Shown in pieces: positions 17,962-26,802 of a stretch of 64,000 nt of DNA. The notes under the pieces were generated by a model. That model ran no database searches. It had not been told where the DNA came from and was given only the letters and a program-made list of their open reading frames with translations. Numbering within the stretch: position 1 is the first letter of the stretch; the number at the start of each line of letters is the position of its first letter. A program made the translations under genes and the position numbers. The stretch is from contig CAVZVA010000010.1 in NCBI GenBank assembly GCA_963778655.1, positions 1,088,001 through 1,152,000 on the forward strand. The letters run 5' to 3'. Origin of the DNA: an uncultured delta proteobacterium (GTDB taxonomy: Bacteria > Myxococcota_A > Polyangia > Polyangiales > JAFGIB01).

Positions 17962-19128
17962 TCAGGCCCGCGTAAAGACAGTCAATTGGAATTCGCCCGT
18001 ATCGACACTGATCTGCGGCTCAGGCAAGCTTTGCTGTGCGAGCAGCCGGAAGATCTCGGGTACACCGATGCCCAGATTGTCCCTCTGTCCCTTGCGCGCG
18101 ACAGCGGAAGCGATGTGCGGGTTGCGAGGCTGCTTCGTGCCCGCCAAGCGGACGCTCTCCACCGTCAGCCGGTTCAGCAGCACGCCAGGATTGGTGATCT
18201 CGACGCGGTTGTCGAACACGAACACGCGCACTTGATTCGGAGACGCATAGTCGCGATGGGTCACGGCATTTGTGATGACTTCGCGCCAGACCTCGAGCGG
18301 CACGCCCGCCGTCACGCGCTCAAGGCCCTTGACGCTCGACGGAGTAGGCACGTGACGGATGAGAAAAGCTACAGCCGCTTCGATCTGGCTGAACACGTTT
18401 CCGCAGACCTCGGCGCGATCCTTGAACGTCCCGCTCGCGTGCAGGCCAGGAAAGCGCACGGCGCTCACATAGGCGCCGGGAAGGAATCGCGTCGGTTCGC
18501 TGCCAAACAATACGATGCCGCTCACGGTGGGGTGACCCGCGGCATCGATCGCTTGCAGTGCGCTCAGGTAGCGTTCGGTCTGTTCTGCGTGGGCGGCCGG
18601 GTACGCCACACGTAGGAAGTCGGCAATTGCTGTGTCGTCTAGATCCGTGCGGCTCGCGCTGTCGACGACTTGTTCGTCGAGGTAGTGCAGATTGGATCCC
18701 GACGTCAGCAGCGTCTTCAGCTCATCGGGTTGAGCCTCTCGCGAGCTCGGTCCGTCGCGGATGAAGTATTTGCTTGCTCCGCGGAACGGTCGACCCGGCA
18801 AGAACTCCGGTACGTGGGCTACGATGACCAGCTTCCCGTCCACTTCGATCGCGAGCGTGCGTGGCGACAGGGGCGGCGTCACCGCGCTGGCGGCGATCTG
18901 TCCGATGTGGCGCTGCAGGGCGTCGGAGTCGCTGCGGTTTCCGATGCCGGTGATCAGCCCTGAGTCTTCAACTCCGAAGATCAGGTCTCCGCCGCCCGAG
19001 TTCGCAAAAGCGACGAGCGCCTTGGCCACGTCGTCCGCCCGTGGCAGCACCCCGGGAGCGACGCCTTTGAGCTCGGTGCGCGAGTCCTCGCCAGACCGCG
19101 CTCGGCCACGAATTTCCTCGTCGTCCAT
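17962..19128 (-). CDS. Schlafen/AlbA_2 domain + HATPase_c_4 (RecG-C-like) protein
   Basis: GEDSRTELK, AFANSGGGDLIFGVED; REVITNAVTHRDY, DNRVEITNPG, RNPHIA, GIGV. Start taken as MDDEE at 19128. Confidence 0.85.
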   Translation of the reverse strand: MDDEEIRGRARSGEDSRTELKGVAPGVLPRADDVAKALVAFANSGGGDLIFGVEDSGLITGIGNRSDSDALQRHIGQIAASAVTPPLSPRTLAIEVDGKLVIVAHVPEFLPGRPFRGASKYFIRDGPSSREAQPDELKTLLTSGSNLHYLDEQVVDSASRTDLDDTAIADFLRVAYPAAHAEQTERYLSALQAIDAAGHPTVSGIVLFGSEPTRFLPGAYVSAVRFPGLHASGTFKDRAEVCGNVFSQIEAAVAFLIRHVPTPSSVKGLERVTAGVPLEVWREVITNAVTHRDYASPNQVRVFVFDNRVEITNPGVLLNRLTVESVRLAGTKQPRNPHIASAVARKGQRDNLGIGVPEIFRLLAQQSLPEPQISVDTGEFQLTVFTRA

Positions 19129-19265
19129 GCTCGGTGGGCAGGGTACCCCGGCCGGGTGCGACCTGCACCAATTGAGCTGGCTTTCAGCCCCTTCATCGTT
19201 GGGCACCAAGTGGTGCGAGACGTCGAGTCCGACAGCCGGAGTTGGCGCGATGGATAGCTGCCGCT

Positions 19266-20534
19266 TCAGCGAAAGCGCGTGAACTGCGCGACGCGGGTGG
19301 CGCGGCCGAAGCCGGTGGCCGTACGCGCGCTGCCGCCGAGCTGGCCCGCGCTGTCGTCGCCCCAGCACAGGGCACGGCCGTTGCTGTCGACCGCGCAGGT
19401 GTGCAAGCCGCCGGCGCTGAGCACGCTCACGCCGTCGAGGTAGGGCGTCTCGGTGTCGTCGACCGGGGGCAGGACCACGACCGGCTTCAGGCTGTCCGGG
19501 GCGCGGCCGATGCCGAGCTGACCTTCGGCGTTGCGGCCCCAGCACTCGACCAGGAAGTCCTTGTCCACCGCGCAGCTGTGGCCGACCGGGTCGCCGGCCA
19601 GCTCGGTGCCACCGGCCGCGACATCAAGGGCCTGCTCCAAGCCCTTGACCGCGACCGGCGTGGCGCTGGCGTGGGTGGTGCCGTCGCCGAGCTGGCCGCT
19701 GTCGTTGCGGCCCCAGCACACCACGTGCCCTCCCTCGAGCAACGCGCAGCTATGGCCCGCACCGGCCGTGATCGCGGTGGCGCCGCGCACGCCCGGTACC
19801 TCGACCGCGTCGGCGCCGGCGCGCGGCTCGCCGCTGTCGGGATCGATCAGCTCGCCCCAACACAGCACGCGCCCGCTACCGAGCAGCGCGCAGCTGTGAC
19901 GCGCGCCGGCCGCGACCTGGACCGCGCCGTCGGTGCCCGGGACGCGGCCCGGGCCGAGCGCGCCGTCCATCACCGCGCGCCCGACCTGACCGTAACGCGC
20001 GCTGCCCCAGCACACCGCCGCGGCCGCGACCACGGCGCAGCTGTGCGCCGCGCCCGCGGCGATGCCGGTGGCTTGCGCGATCGGCACCGGCGTCGGGCTG
20101 CGCACCGGGCGGCTGCGCGCGACGCCGTCGACCTGGCCTTCGGCGTCGCGTCCCCAGCACAGCGTGGTGCCCTGCTTGTCGAGCGCGCAGCTGTGGCTGC
20201 CGCCGGTGGCGACGGCCGTGATTCGGGACAGCACCGGCTTGTCGCTGCCGGCGTCCTCGTCGCTGCCCAGCGTGCCGAGCTGCCCCTCGGCGTCGCTGCC
20301 CCAGCAGTAGAGCTCGCCGGCTTGGGCGATCGCGCAGGAGTGCGCACCGCCCGCCGCGATCTTCGCCGCGCGGCAGCGCTGCTGGCCGGGGTCGCAGGCA
20401 GGCGGCCCGGCATCCGGCTTGGGTGCGGGCTCGATGCGCGCGTCGTGCAAGCTGCAGCTGGGCGTGGGGGAGCAGCCGACGTGCGTGTCGCTGCCGCTGC
20501 ACGCGACCACGAACAGCGCCAGCCAAGTCGTCAT
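19266..20534 (-). CDS. RCC1-repeat (BLIP-II-like) lipoprotein
   Basis: LFVVAC lipobox; repeated AGxxHSCA...CWGxxxxGQLG. Confidence 0.85.
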   Translation of the reverse strand: MTTWLALFVVACSGSDTHVGCSPTPSCSLHDARIEPAPKPDAGPPACDPGQQRCRAAKIAAGGAHSCAIAQAGELYCWGSDAEGQLGTLGSDEDAGSDKPVLSRITAVATGGSHSCALDKQGTTLCWGRDAEGQVDGVARSRPVRSPTPVPIAQATGIAAGAAHSCAVVAAAAVCWGSARYGQVGRAVMDGALGPGRVPGTDGAVQVAAGARHSCALLGSGRVLCWGELIDPDSGEPRAGADAVEVPGVRGATAITAGAGHSCALLEGGHVVCWGRNDSGQLGDGTTHASATPVAVKGLEQALDVAAGGTELAGDPVGHSCAVDKDFLVECWGRNAEGQLGIGRAPDSLKPVVVLPPVDDTETPYLDGVSVLSAGGLHTCAVDSNGRALCWGDDSAGQLGGSARTATGFGRATRVAQFTRFR

Positions 20535-20576
20535 GCGCGGCCGGTAGCGCCCAAGCGCGTGGAACCACGCCCACAC

Positions 20577-21053
20577 GAGGGAGCGAAGCGAGCCGCGCGG
20601 GAGGGTGGGGCCCCGACGGCTTTGCCGGCGGGGCGGGAGGGTCGCGTGACCCGAGGGCTGGAGGAAGCGGAGTAGGAGGGAGCGAAGCGAGCCGCGCGGG
20701 AGGGTGGGGCCCCGACGGCTTTGCCGGCGGGGCGGGAGGGTCGCGTGACCCGAGGGCTGGAGGAAGCGGAGTAGGAGGGAGCGAAGCGAGCCGCGCGGGA
20801 GGGTGGGGCCCCGACGGCTTTGCCGGCGGGGCGGGAGGGTCGCGTGACCCGAGGGCTGGAGGAAGCGGAGTAGGAGGGAGCGAAGCGAGCCGCGCGGGAG
20901 GGTGGGGCCCCGACGGCTTTGCCGGCGGGGCGGGAGGGTCGCGTGACCCGAGGGCTGGAGGAAGCGGAGTAGGAGGGAGCGAAGCGAGCCGCGCGGGAGG
21001 GTGGGGCCCCAACGGCTTGGCCGGCGGGGCGGGAGGGTCGCGTGACCCTCCCG
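20577..21053. repeat. 99-bp tandem array (about 4.8 copies) of a REP-like palindromic element
   Basis: GAGCGAAGCGAG recurs at 20581, 20680, 20779, 20878, 20977; copies 1-4 identical, copy 5 has two substitutions and a complete terminal hairpin. Confidence 0.95.
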
Positions 21054-21060
21054 TTCATAA

Positions 21061-23496
21061 TTAGATTTCACCGCGCACCCCCAGATTCGGGAAGAAGATC
21101 GCGGGCAGGTACACGGTCTGGCAGCGGCGCGGCGAGCCGGTGCACACGATCTCGACCGGCTCGCGCGCGAGCGTCGCGTTGAACCACTCGAGCCCCACGC
21201 GCAGCCGGCCCCACGAGGTGCGCCAGGCGTACGCGAGCTCGAGGTCGAGCCGCCCGAACCAGGGCATGCGGCGTTCTTCGCGCGCGAGCCGCAGCGCGTT
21301 GTCGAGCACAAACGCGCCCTGCAGCTTGCCGGAGCGCAGCTGCAGCCGCGCGCCCGACGAGAAACCTTTACCCATCCTCCATTGCAGCACCAGGTTGCCG
21401 ACGTGGCGAACGTCCCAGGTGGGCGTGTAGTGAAGGCCGGCCACGTCGTCGACCGCGGACCAGGCCAGCGTGTACGAGAGCCAGCCCGACAGCCGCTCGG
21501 TCACCGGCCGTTTGAGAAACAGCTCGCCGCCGTACGAGAAGCCGTCGATGCGCTTGGGCACGCTGGCGCCGCCGCACTGGATCTTGGCGCAGATCATGTC
21601 GAACGAATCCTGCAGCAGCAGCGCGTCGGTGAACACCAGATTGGCATAGTGGTGCAGAAAGCCCTGCAGCTCCACGCGCAGCCCGAGCGGCGTGTCCCAG
21701 CCGACGCCCGCCTCGCTCTGGATCGCCGCCTGCAGGCCGTTGTCGTTGGCCAGGTCCGCGATGCCCGGCAGCGGCAGATAGAATACCGCGGGCTGGTGCA
21801 CCACGCCGCCGGCCACGTGCAGCTCGAGCGCGTCGCTCGGGTGCAGGATCAGGCGCAAGCGCGGATCGATCACCGCCTCGGCCGCCGCGCCCTGCACCCA
21901 GGCGTCGGCGCGCGCGCCGAGCTGCAGCTCGAGCAGCGGGATCGGCCGCAGCCCGAGCTCCGCCTGCAGCCCCCACATGCTGCGTGCGGGCACGTCGCCG
22001 AACAGCGCGCTGCGCAGCTCGCCGCGGCCCATGTTGGCGACGGCCTGGTCGCTGTTGAAGAAGCCTGCCACGCCGATCAGGTCGCCCGAGATGCGCAGCC
22101 GGGTGTGCGGGTCGAAGCGGGTCTCGACCCAGGCGCGCGGGCTGACGCGCGTGGAGCGCAAGCGAAAGCCCGAGCCGAGCACCGACTCGTCCCAGCCGAG
22201 CAGCAGCGCCATGCCGACTTCGGTCTTGCCCACGCGGTGCACCAGCCGTGGCTCCAGCCGATGAAACGTGATGGTGACGTTGCTGTTGGGCCGATCGGAG
22301 AAGCTGAGCGAGTCGTACGAGCCGAGCGCGACCAGCTCGAAGCGGTCGCGGCCGGAGAGCGCGTTCTGGTAGCGCAGCTGGTAGTCCCAGTAGGCCAGCC
22401 CCACGGTCGGGCTCAGCACGGACAGCAACAACCCCGGATAGCCGTAGCGCACTGCGCCGGTCACGCTGCCGCCGAGCGCGGGCGCCTGCAGGTAGGCCGA
22501 GACGTCGAGCAGGCGCAGCTCGGCCTCGGCGTGGGTGAATCCGTCGGGCGCCGCGGGGCCTTCGCCCACGATCACGCCGCCGGTCAGGCGCCCGTAGCGC
22601 GCCGGAGCCACGCCGGCGTAGAGCCGAATCGGGCCCACCATGCGCGGGTGAATCACCGCGGGGCCGATCGCCAGGTGATACAGCGTCGGCACCGCGATGT
22701 CGTCATAGACGTAGAGCGTGCCGGCCGGCGGCGCGCCGCGGATGAAGAAGTAGGGTAGCCCCGATAGCGCCGGCACCACCCCCGGCAATGCGTCCACCGC
22801 GCGAAACGGATCGCCGAACGCGCCCGGCAGGTCGCGCATCTCCGCCAGCACCAGCCGGCGCATGCCCGGCTCGGGCTGCGCCACGCGCGCGACCGCGCCG
22901 AACTGGGGCTCGGGCTCGGGCTCGGCGGCCGCGGCCGCGGCCGCGGGGCTCAGCGCCGGCTGTGCGGGCGGCGCGCCTGCGGGCGCGCCGGGCGCCTGCG
23001 GCGTCGAGGCAGGTTGGGCGGTTGTCGCCGGCCCCGACTGCGATTGCGCCGGGGCGGACGCGGCCGGCGCGAGCGCGAGCGCGAGCCGCACGCGCGCCGC
23101 CACCGGCTGGCCGGCGCGCAGCGCGGGCTCGAAGCGTGCGGCCGCGACCGACGCGGCCACCGCCGCGCAGATCGCCTCGCCTGCGTCGCACTGCTCGAGC
23201 TCGGCGGCGCCGCCGGCCGACACCCGCACCACCACATCCACCCTTCCACCCGGGGGCAGCGCTGCGTGCTCTGGCACGTGCACCTGCGGCAGCTGCAGCA
23301 AGCGCGGGGGCACCCGCGCGGGCTCGCTGGGTTGCGGTGCCGGCCGCGCCTGGGCTGCGGGCGGGTGCTCGGCCTGCGCCGCGGCGGGCTGCGCCTGCGC
23401 GCGCGTCGCGAGCGCGGCGAGCGCCAAAAGCACACGGCACAGCAGCCGCGTGCGCGCAGCGTGACGGGCGAGCGAGCACGGGGCGTGTCGAGCCAT
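21061..23496 (-). CDS. TonB-dependent receptor with N-terminal TonB-like domain (myxobacterial type)
   Basis: Plug LPGAFGDPFRAVDALPGV...IRGA...PTLYH, ARYGRLTGGVI; barrel end SGWLSYTLAWS, DVRH, FPNLGVRGEI. Confidence 0.8.
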   Translation of the reverse strand: MARHAPCSLARHAARTRLLCRVLLALAALATRAQAQPAAAQAEHPPAAQARPAPQPSEPARVPPRLLQLPQVHVPEHAALPPGGRVDVVVRVSAGGAAELEQCDAGEAICAAVAASVAAARFEPALRAGQPVAARVRLALALAPAASAPAQSQSGPATTAQPASTPQAPGAPAGAPPAQPALSPAAAAAAAEPEPEPQFGAVARVAQPEPGMRRLVLAEMRDLPGAFGDPFRAVDALPGVVPALSGLPYFFIRGAPPAGTLYVYDDIAVPTLYHLAIGPAVIHPRMVGPIRLYAGVAPARYGRLTGGVIVGEGPAAPDGFTHAEAELRLLDVSAYLQAPALGGSVTGAVRYGYPGLLLSVLSPTVGLAYWDYQLRYQNALSGRDRFELVALGSYDSLSFSDRPNSNVTITFHRLEPRLVHRVGKTEVGMALLLGWDESVLGSGFRLRSTRVSPRAWVETRFDPHTRLRISGDLIGVAGFFNSDQAVANMGRGELRSALFGDVPARSMWGLQAELGLRPIPLLELQLGARADAWVQGAAAEAVIDPRLRLILHPSDALELHVAGGVVHQPAVFYLPLPGIADLANDNGLQAAIQSEAGVGWDTPLGLRVELQGFLHHYANLVFTDALLLQDSFDMICAKIQCGGASVPKRIDGFSYGGELFLKRPVTERLSGWLSYTLAWSAVDDVAGLHYTPTWDVRHVGNLVLQWRMGKGFSSGARLQLRSGKLQGAFVLDNALRLAREERRMPWFGRLDLELAYAWRTSWGRLRVGLEWFNATLAREPVEIVCTGSPRRCQTVYLPAIFFPNLGVRGEI

Positions 23497-23574
23497 CGCA
23501 GCTTGCGGCAAGGCGAGCTCGAGCCTTGCGCGCTCCACCATACCCCTGCTGCCCCGGCACGGCTCGCGATTCGC

Positions 23575-24363
23575 TCAGACCACCTGCCCGGTGGGGCCCA
23601 CCGGCTTCTCGCGCGAAAGGTACAGCGAAAGCCCGTACGCGAGCCCCAGCAAGAAGCCTGCTGGTACGTGCCAGCGCAGCAGGTGTGCGATGCTCTGGTC
23701 GGCGCAACGCAGCAGCAGCGCCAGGTTGGCCACCACTCCGGCCGCCGCTACCGCCAGCAGCGCTCCGCCGCGCCCGCGATGGCCCGTGCGATCGCACGCG
23801 CGCAGCGCGCCGAGCGGCAACAGCGCGACCAGCATGCCGAACGGCAGGCAACCGTGCCGCGCCGCAAGCGCCGCAGCCGGCTGGACGCGCGCGCACAGCA
23901 GCGCGCCCAGCACAGGCAGCGCGAGCGCGCTCAGCCCGAGCGCGTTGCGCAGGGCGACACGCTCCGGCTCGTGCAGCGGGCGCAGCGCCTCCCGGATCAG
24001 CACGACGTAGGCGATCGCGTACGCGACGGCGACCGCCAGCGTCACGCCGCCGAGCCGGCCGAGATCGGCGCGACCCGCGAGCACCGCCACCGCCAGCACG
24101 GGCAGCAGCCCGGCGGCAGCCGCGAGCCGGCGCCGCCAGGGCGTGGCTCGGCTGCGCAGCCACGAAAGCGGCCCGCGCTCGGCCGCGATCTGGGCCTCGA
24201 CGCCACGGCGCAGCGCTTCGAGATCGGGCAGCCCGCCCGCCGCTTGCTCGGCGAGCCGTCGCGCGACCAGGACCGCGCAGGGCTCGCACAGCCGCAGGTG
24301 CTCCTCGGCCTCGGCGGTGAGCTCGCCTGCCGCAAGCCGTCGCTGGAGCTCCTCGCACTTCAT
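23575..24363 (-). CDS. Zinc-finger (zf-HC2) anti-sigma-like membrane protein
   Basis: MKCEEL...EEHLRLCEPC (HxxxCxxC) followed by about six TM helices with Cys/His (LRCADQSIAHLLRWH), NrsF-like layout. Confidence 0.65.
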   Translation of the reverse strand: MKCEELQRRLAAGELTAEAEEHLRLCEPCAVLVARRLAEQAAGGLPDLEALRRGVEAQIAAERGPLSWLRSRATPWRRRLAAAAGLLPVLAVAVLAGRADLGRLGGVTLAVAVAYAIAYVVLIREALRPLHEPERVALRNALGLSALALPVLGALLCARVQPAAALAARHGCLPFGMLVALLPLGALRACDRTGHRGRGGALLAVAAAGVVANLALLLRCADQSIAHLLRWHVPAGFLLGLAYGLSLYLSREKPVGPTGQVV

Positions 24364-24399
24364 CGCTCTGCCAAGTCTAGCTGTTCCCCGAGGCCCACG

Positions 24400-25533
24400 T
24401 TACTCGGCCGTGTTTGGCAGGCCCTCGAAGCGCAACAGCCGGCCGTGGCCCGGATCGCACACCCACGGCCGCCCGCGGTCGTCGCTGGTCACGCAATGCG
24501 CGCCCGAGACCGCGGGCGCAACCACCAGCCGCGTGAGCTTGCCGCGCGGCGAGACCGCGAAGACCGACAGCGTCGCGCTGCGCGCGGACGGCACGGAGAG
24601 CCGTGCCCGCCGCGCGTCGTAATCGATGATGTCCACGCCCGCGCCGACGGTGGCGCTGTCGAGCACGTGTCCGTTGGACGCCTGCAGCACCACCGCCTTG
24701 CCCTCGGCGCAACCGGCGAACAGCAGATCGCGCGCAGAGTCGAGGGCGATGCCGCGCGAGCCGCCGCAGCCGTTGTCGAAACGCGCGACCACGCCGCGCG
24801 TTTGCAGATCGATCGCCAGCGTCGCGCCGTGCCACAGGTGGGTGTACGCGCGCCCGCGCGCCGCGTCGATGACCAGCGATTCGGGGCCGCCCGCGATCGC
24901 GATCCGCGCCAGGTGCTGCGGGGTGGGGCGCGGCCCCCGAGGCAGGGCGAAGATCTCGATCTGATCCCGATCCGGCTCGGTCACCCACAGCTCGCGGCGT
25001 CCCTGCACGAAGCGGACGTAGTCGGGCGACGCGGCCAGCGGCGCCGAAGCGACGATCGCGCGCGCGCCCGGGTCGACCACCGACAGCTTGTGCGAGCTCC
25101 GGTCGACCGCGAACAGCAGGCCGTCGCCCGAGTCGGCCGAGGTAACCCCGAAGTCGTGGCCGCCCGCGTAGCGCGCCTTGGCGCTGAAGCCCGGCACGGC
25201 GCTGACCGCGCCCGTGTCCGGATCGATCAGGTCGAGCGTGCCGCTGCGCGCGGCCGGCACCAGCACCCGGTGCAGCGCGCCGGCGAAGCCGAGGTCGTCG
25301 AGCCCGATGCCCGGCGCACCCAATGGAAGCGCCACCGGCACCGCGCGCAGCGCAAGCGGGTGAGCCGTGCCCGGGACGGCGCCCGCGGCCAACGGCTGCG
25401 GCGCGCGAGCCGCTTGCGTTGGCGCAGGCGCGGGCGACGGCTGCGCCGCAGCCGCCGGCGACGATCGGCCGCAGCCCGCCGCGAGCAGCGCCGCGAGCAG
25501 CGCCGTCCACGACCCGGCGGCCTTCTTTGCCAC
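24400..25533 (-). CDS. YncE/YVTN beta-propeller lipoprotein
   Basis: LLAAGC lipobox; propeller repeats (SPDYVRF, GPESLVID, SRGIALD, GVDIIDYD). Confidence 0.75.
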   Translation of the reverse strand: MAKKAAGSWTALLAALLAAGCGRSSPAAAAQPSPAPAPTQAARAPQPLAAGAVPGTAHPLALRAVPVALPLGAPGIGLDDLGFAGALHRVLVPAARSGTLDLIDPDTGAVSAVPGFSAKARYAGGHDFGVTSADSGDGLLFAVDRSSHKLSVVDPGARAIVASAPLAASPDYVRFVQGRRELWVTEPDRDQIEIFALPRGPRPTPQHLARIAIAGGPESLVIDAARGRAYTHLWHGATLAIDLQTRGVVARFDNGCGGSRGIALDSARDLLFAGCAEGKAVVLQASNGHVLDSATVGAGVDIIDYDARRARLSVPSARSATLSVFAVSPRGKLTRLVVAPAVSGAHCVTSDDRGRPWVCDPGHGRLLRFEGLPNTAE

Positions 25534-25538
25534 CGACC

Positions 25539-26639
25539 TCAATCGCGCAAGTAGTGACAGGTGTAACCGTCCGGATGCTTGACCAGATAGTCCTGGTGGT
25601 ATTGCTCGGCGGGGTAGAAGGCGCTCGCTGGTACGATCTGCGTCACAAGCGGCTTCTTCCACTTGCCCGAGCGATTGACCTTGTCCTTGACCGCCTCGGC
25701 CACGCGCCTCTGCGCCTCGCTGGTGTAGAAGATCGCCGAGCGGTACTGCGTGCCGACGTCGTTTTCCTGGCGGTTGAGCGTGGTTGGATCGTGCATGCGG
25801 AAGAAGTAGCCGAGCAGCGCCTCGTAGCTCAGCACCGAGGGATCGAAGGTCACGCGCACCGACTCGGCGTGTCCGGTGCTGCCGGTCGAGACGTCCTCGT
25901 AGCTGGGCTTCTCGAGCGTGCCGCCGGTGTATCCGACCTCGGTATCGAGCACGCCGGGGATCTTGCGCAGGATGTTCTCCATGCCCCAGAAGCAGCCGCC
26001 GGCCAGAATCGCGATTTCCTTGGTGAGCTTGGTCTTGGGCTGGATCGCGCTCTGCTTGACCCCGGGAAACAGCTTGGCGTACTGGCCGTAGCCTTCCTCG
26101 ACCAACTTTTCGGCGGGCACGAAGCGCAGCGCCGCGGAGTTCATGCAGAAGCGCAGGTTGGTGGGCGCCGGTCCGTCGTCGAACACGTGCCCGAGGTGCG
26201 AGTCGGCGTGCTTGGAGCGCACCTCGGTCCGCAGCACGCCGAGGCTGCGATCCTTGTGCTCGCTGATGTTACCGGGCTCGAGCGGCTTGGTGAAGCTCGG
26301 CCAGCCGGTACCGGACTCGTACTTGTCGAGCGAGCTGAACAGCGGCTCGCCGCTGACCACGTCGACGTAGATGCCCGCGGCGTGGTTGTTCCAGTACTTG
26401 TTGTCGAAGGGCGGTTCGGTGCCCTCTTGCTGTGTGACCTCGTATTGCAGCGAGCTCAGCTGCTGCTTGAGCTCCTGCGCGCTGGGCTTCTTCCAATTCG
26501 GGTTGGCCATGACGGTGTCCTTGGGGCTCGCGGGTGCGGCCTGCGCCGGGGGCTTCTCCGCCGCTGCCGGTGCCGCGGCCTGCGTCGTGCAGGCGGCGAT
26601 GCCGATCAGAACGAGCGATACCAGGGTGCGGTCGTGCAT
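25539..26639 (-). CDS. msrAB: Bifunctional methionine sulfoxide reductase MsrB-MsrA, lipoprotein
   Basis: Msr[34 protein letters not shown]. Msr[30 protein letters not shown]. Signal IGIAAC. Confidence 0.95.
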   Translation of the reverse strand: MHDRTLVSLVLIGIAACTTQAAAPAAAEKPPAQAAPASPKDTVMANPNWKKPSAQELKQQLSSLQYEVTQQEGTEPPFDNKYWNNHAAGIYVDVVSGEPLFSSLDKYESGTGWPSFTKPLEPGNISEHKDRSLGVLRTEVRSKHADSHLGHVFDDGPAPTNLRFCMNSAALRFVPAEKLVEEGYGQYAKLFPGVKQSAIQPKTKLTKEIAILAGGCFWGMENILRKIPGVLDTEVGYTGGTLEKPSYEDVSTGSTGHAESVRVTFDPSVLSYEALLGYFFRMHDPTTLNRQENDVGTQYRSAIFYTSEAQRRVAEAVKDKVNRSGKWKKPLVTQIVPASAFYPAEQYHQDYLVKHPDGYTCHYLRD

Positions 26640-26802
26640 GCGGCCCTCCGGTGCGAGGCCCTTGCCGGGCAACTACAGCACATAGGACGGTTGGCGAGGG
26701 GCCAGCGTTTCAGCGCGAGGGGACTTTTGGGCCGCTGTACGCCGTAAACGCCGACTTTTCCAAGCATGCCGGGACTCCGCCGCCCGCCTGCGCCGCGCGT
26801 GC

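Noticed and set aside
13400..19265. Prophage, transposon or att-bounded element
   Set aside because: No integrase, transposase, tRNA or flanking direct repeat found by eye; only a compositional shift.
19129..19545. Longer start for the Schlafen/AlbA gene
   Set aside because: It overlaps the RCC1 gene; the domain begins at MDDEE and a -10 box lies just upstream of it.
20577..21053. CRISPR array
   Set aside because: Units are identical over their whole length, with no unique spacers and no cas genes nearby.
20535..21311. N-terminal extension of the RCC1 ORF (681 aa in the track)
   Set aside because: The frame stays open only because the 99-bp unit is a multiple of 3. It overlaps the TonB receptor, and a lipoprotein signal begins at 20534.
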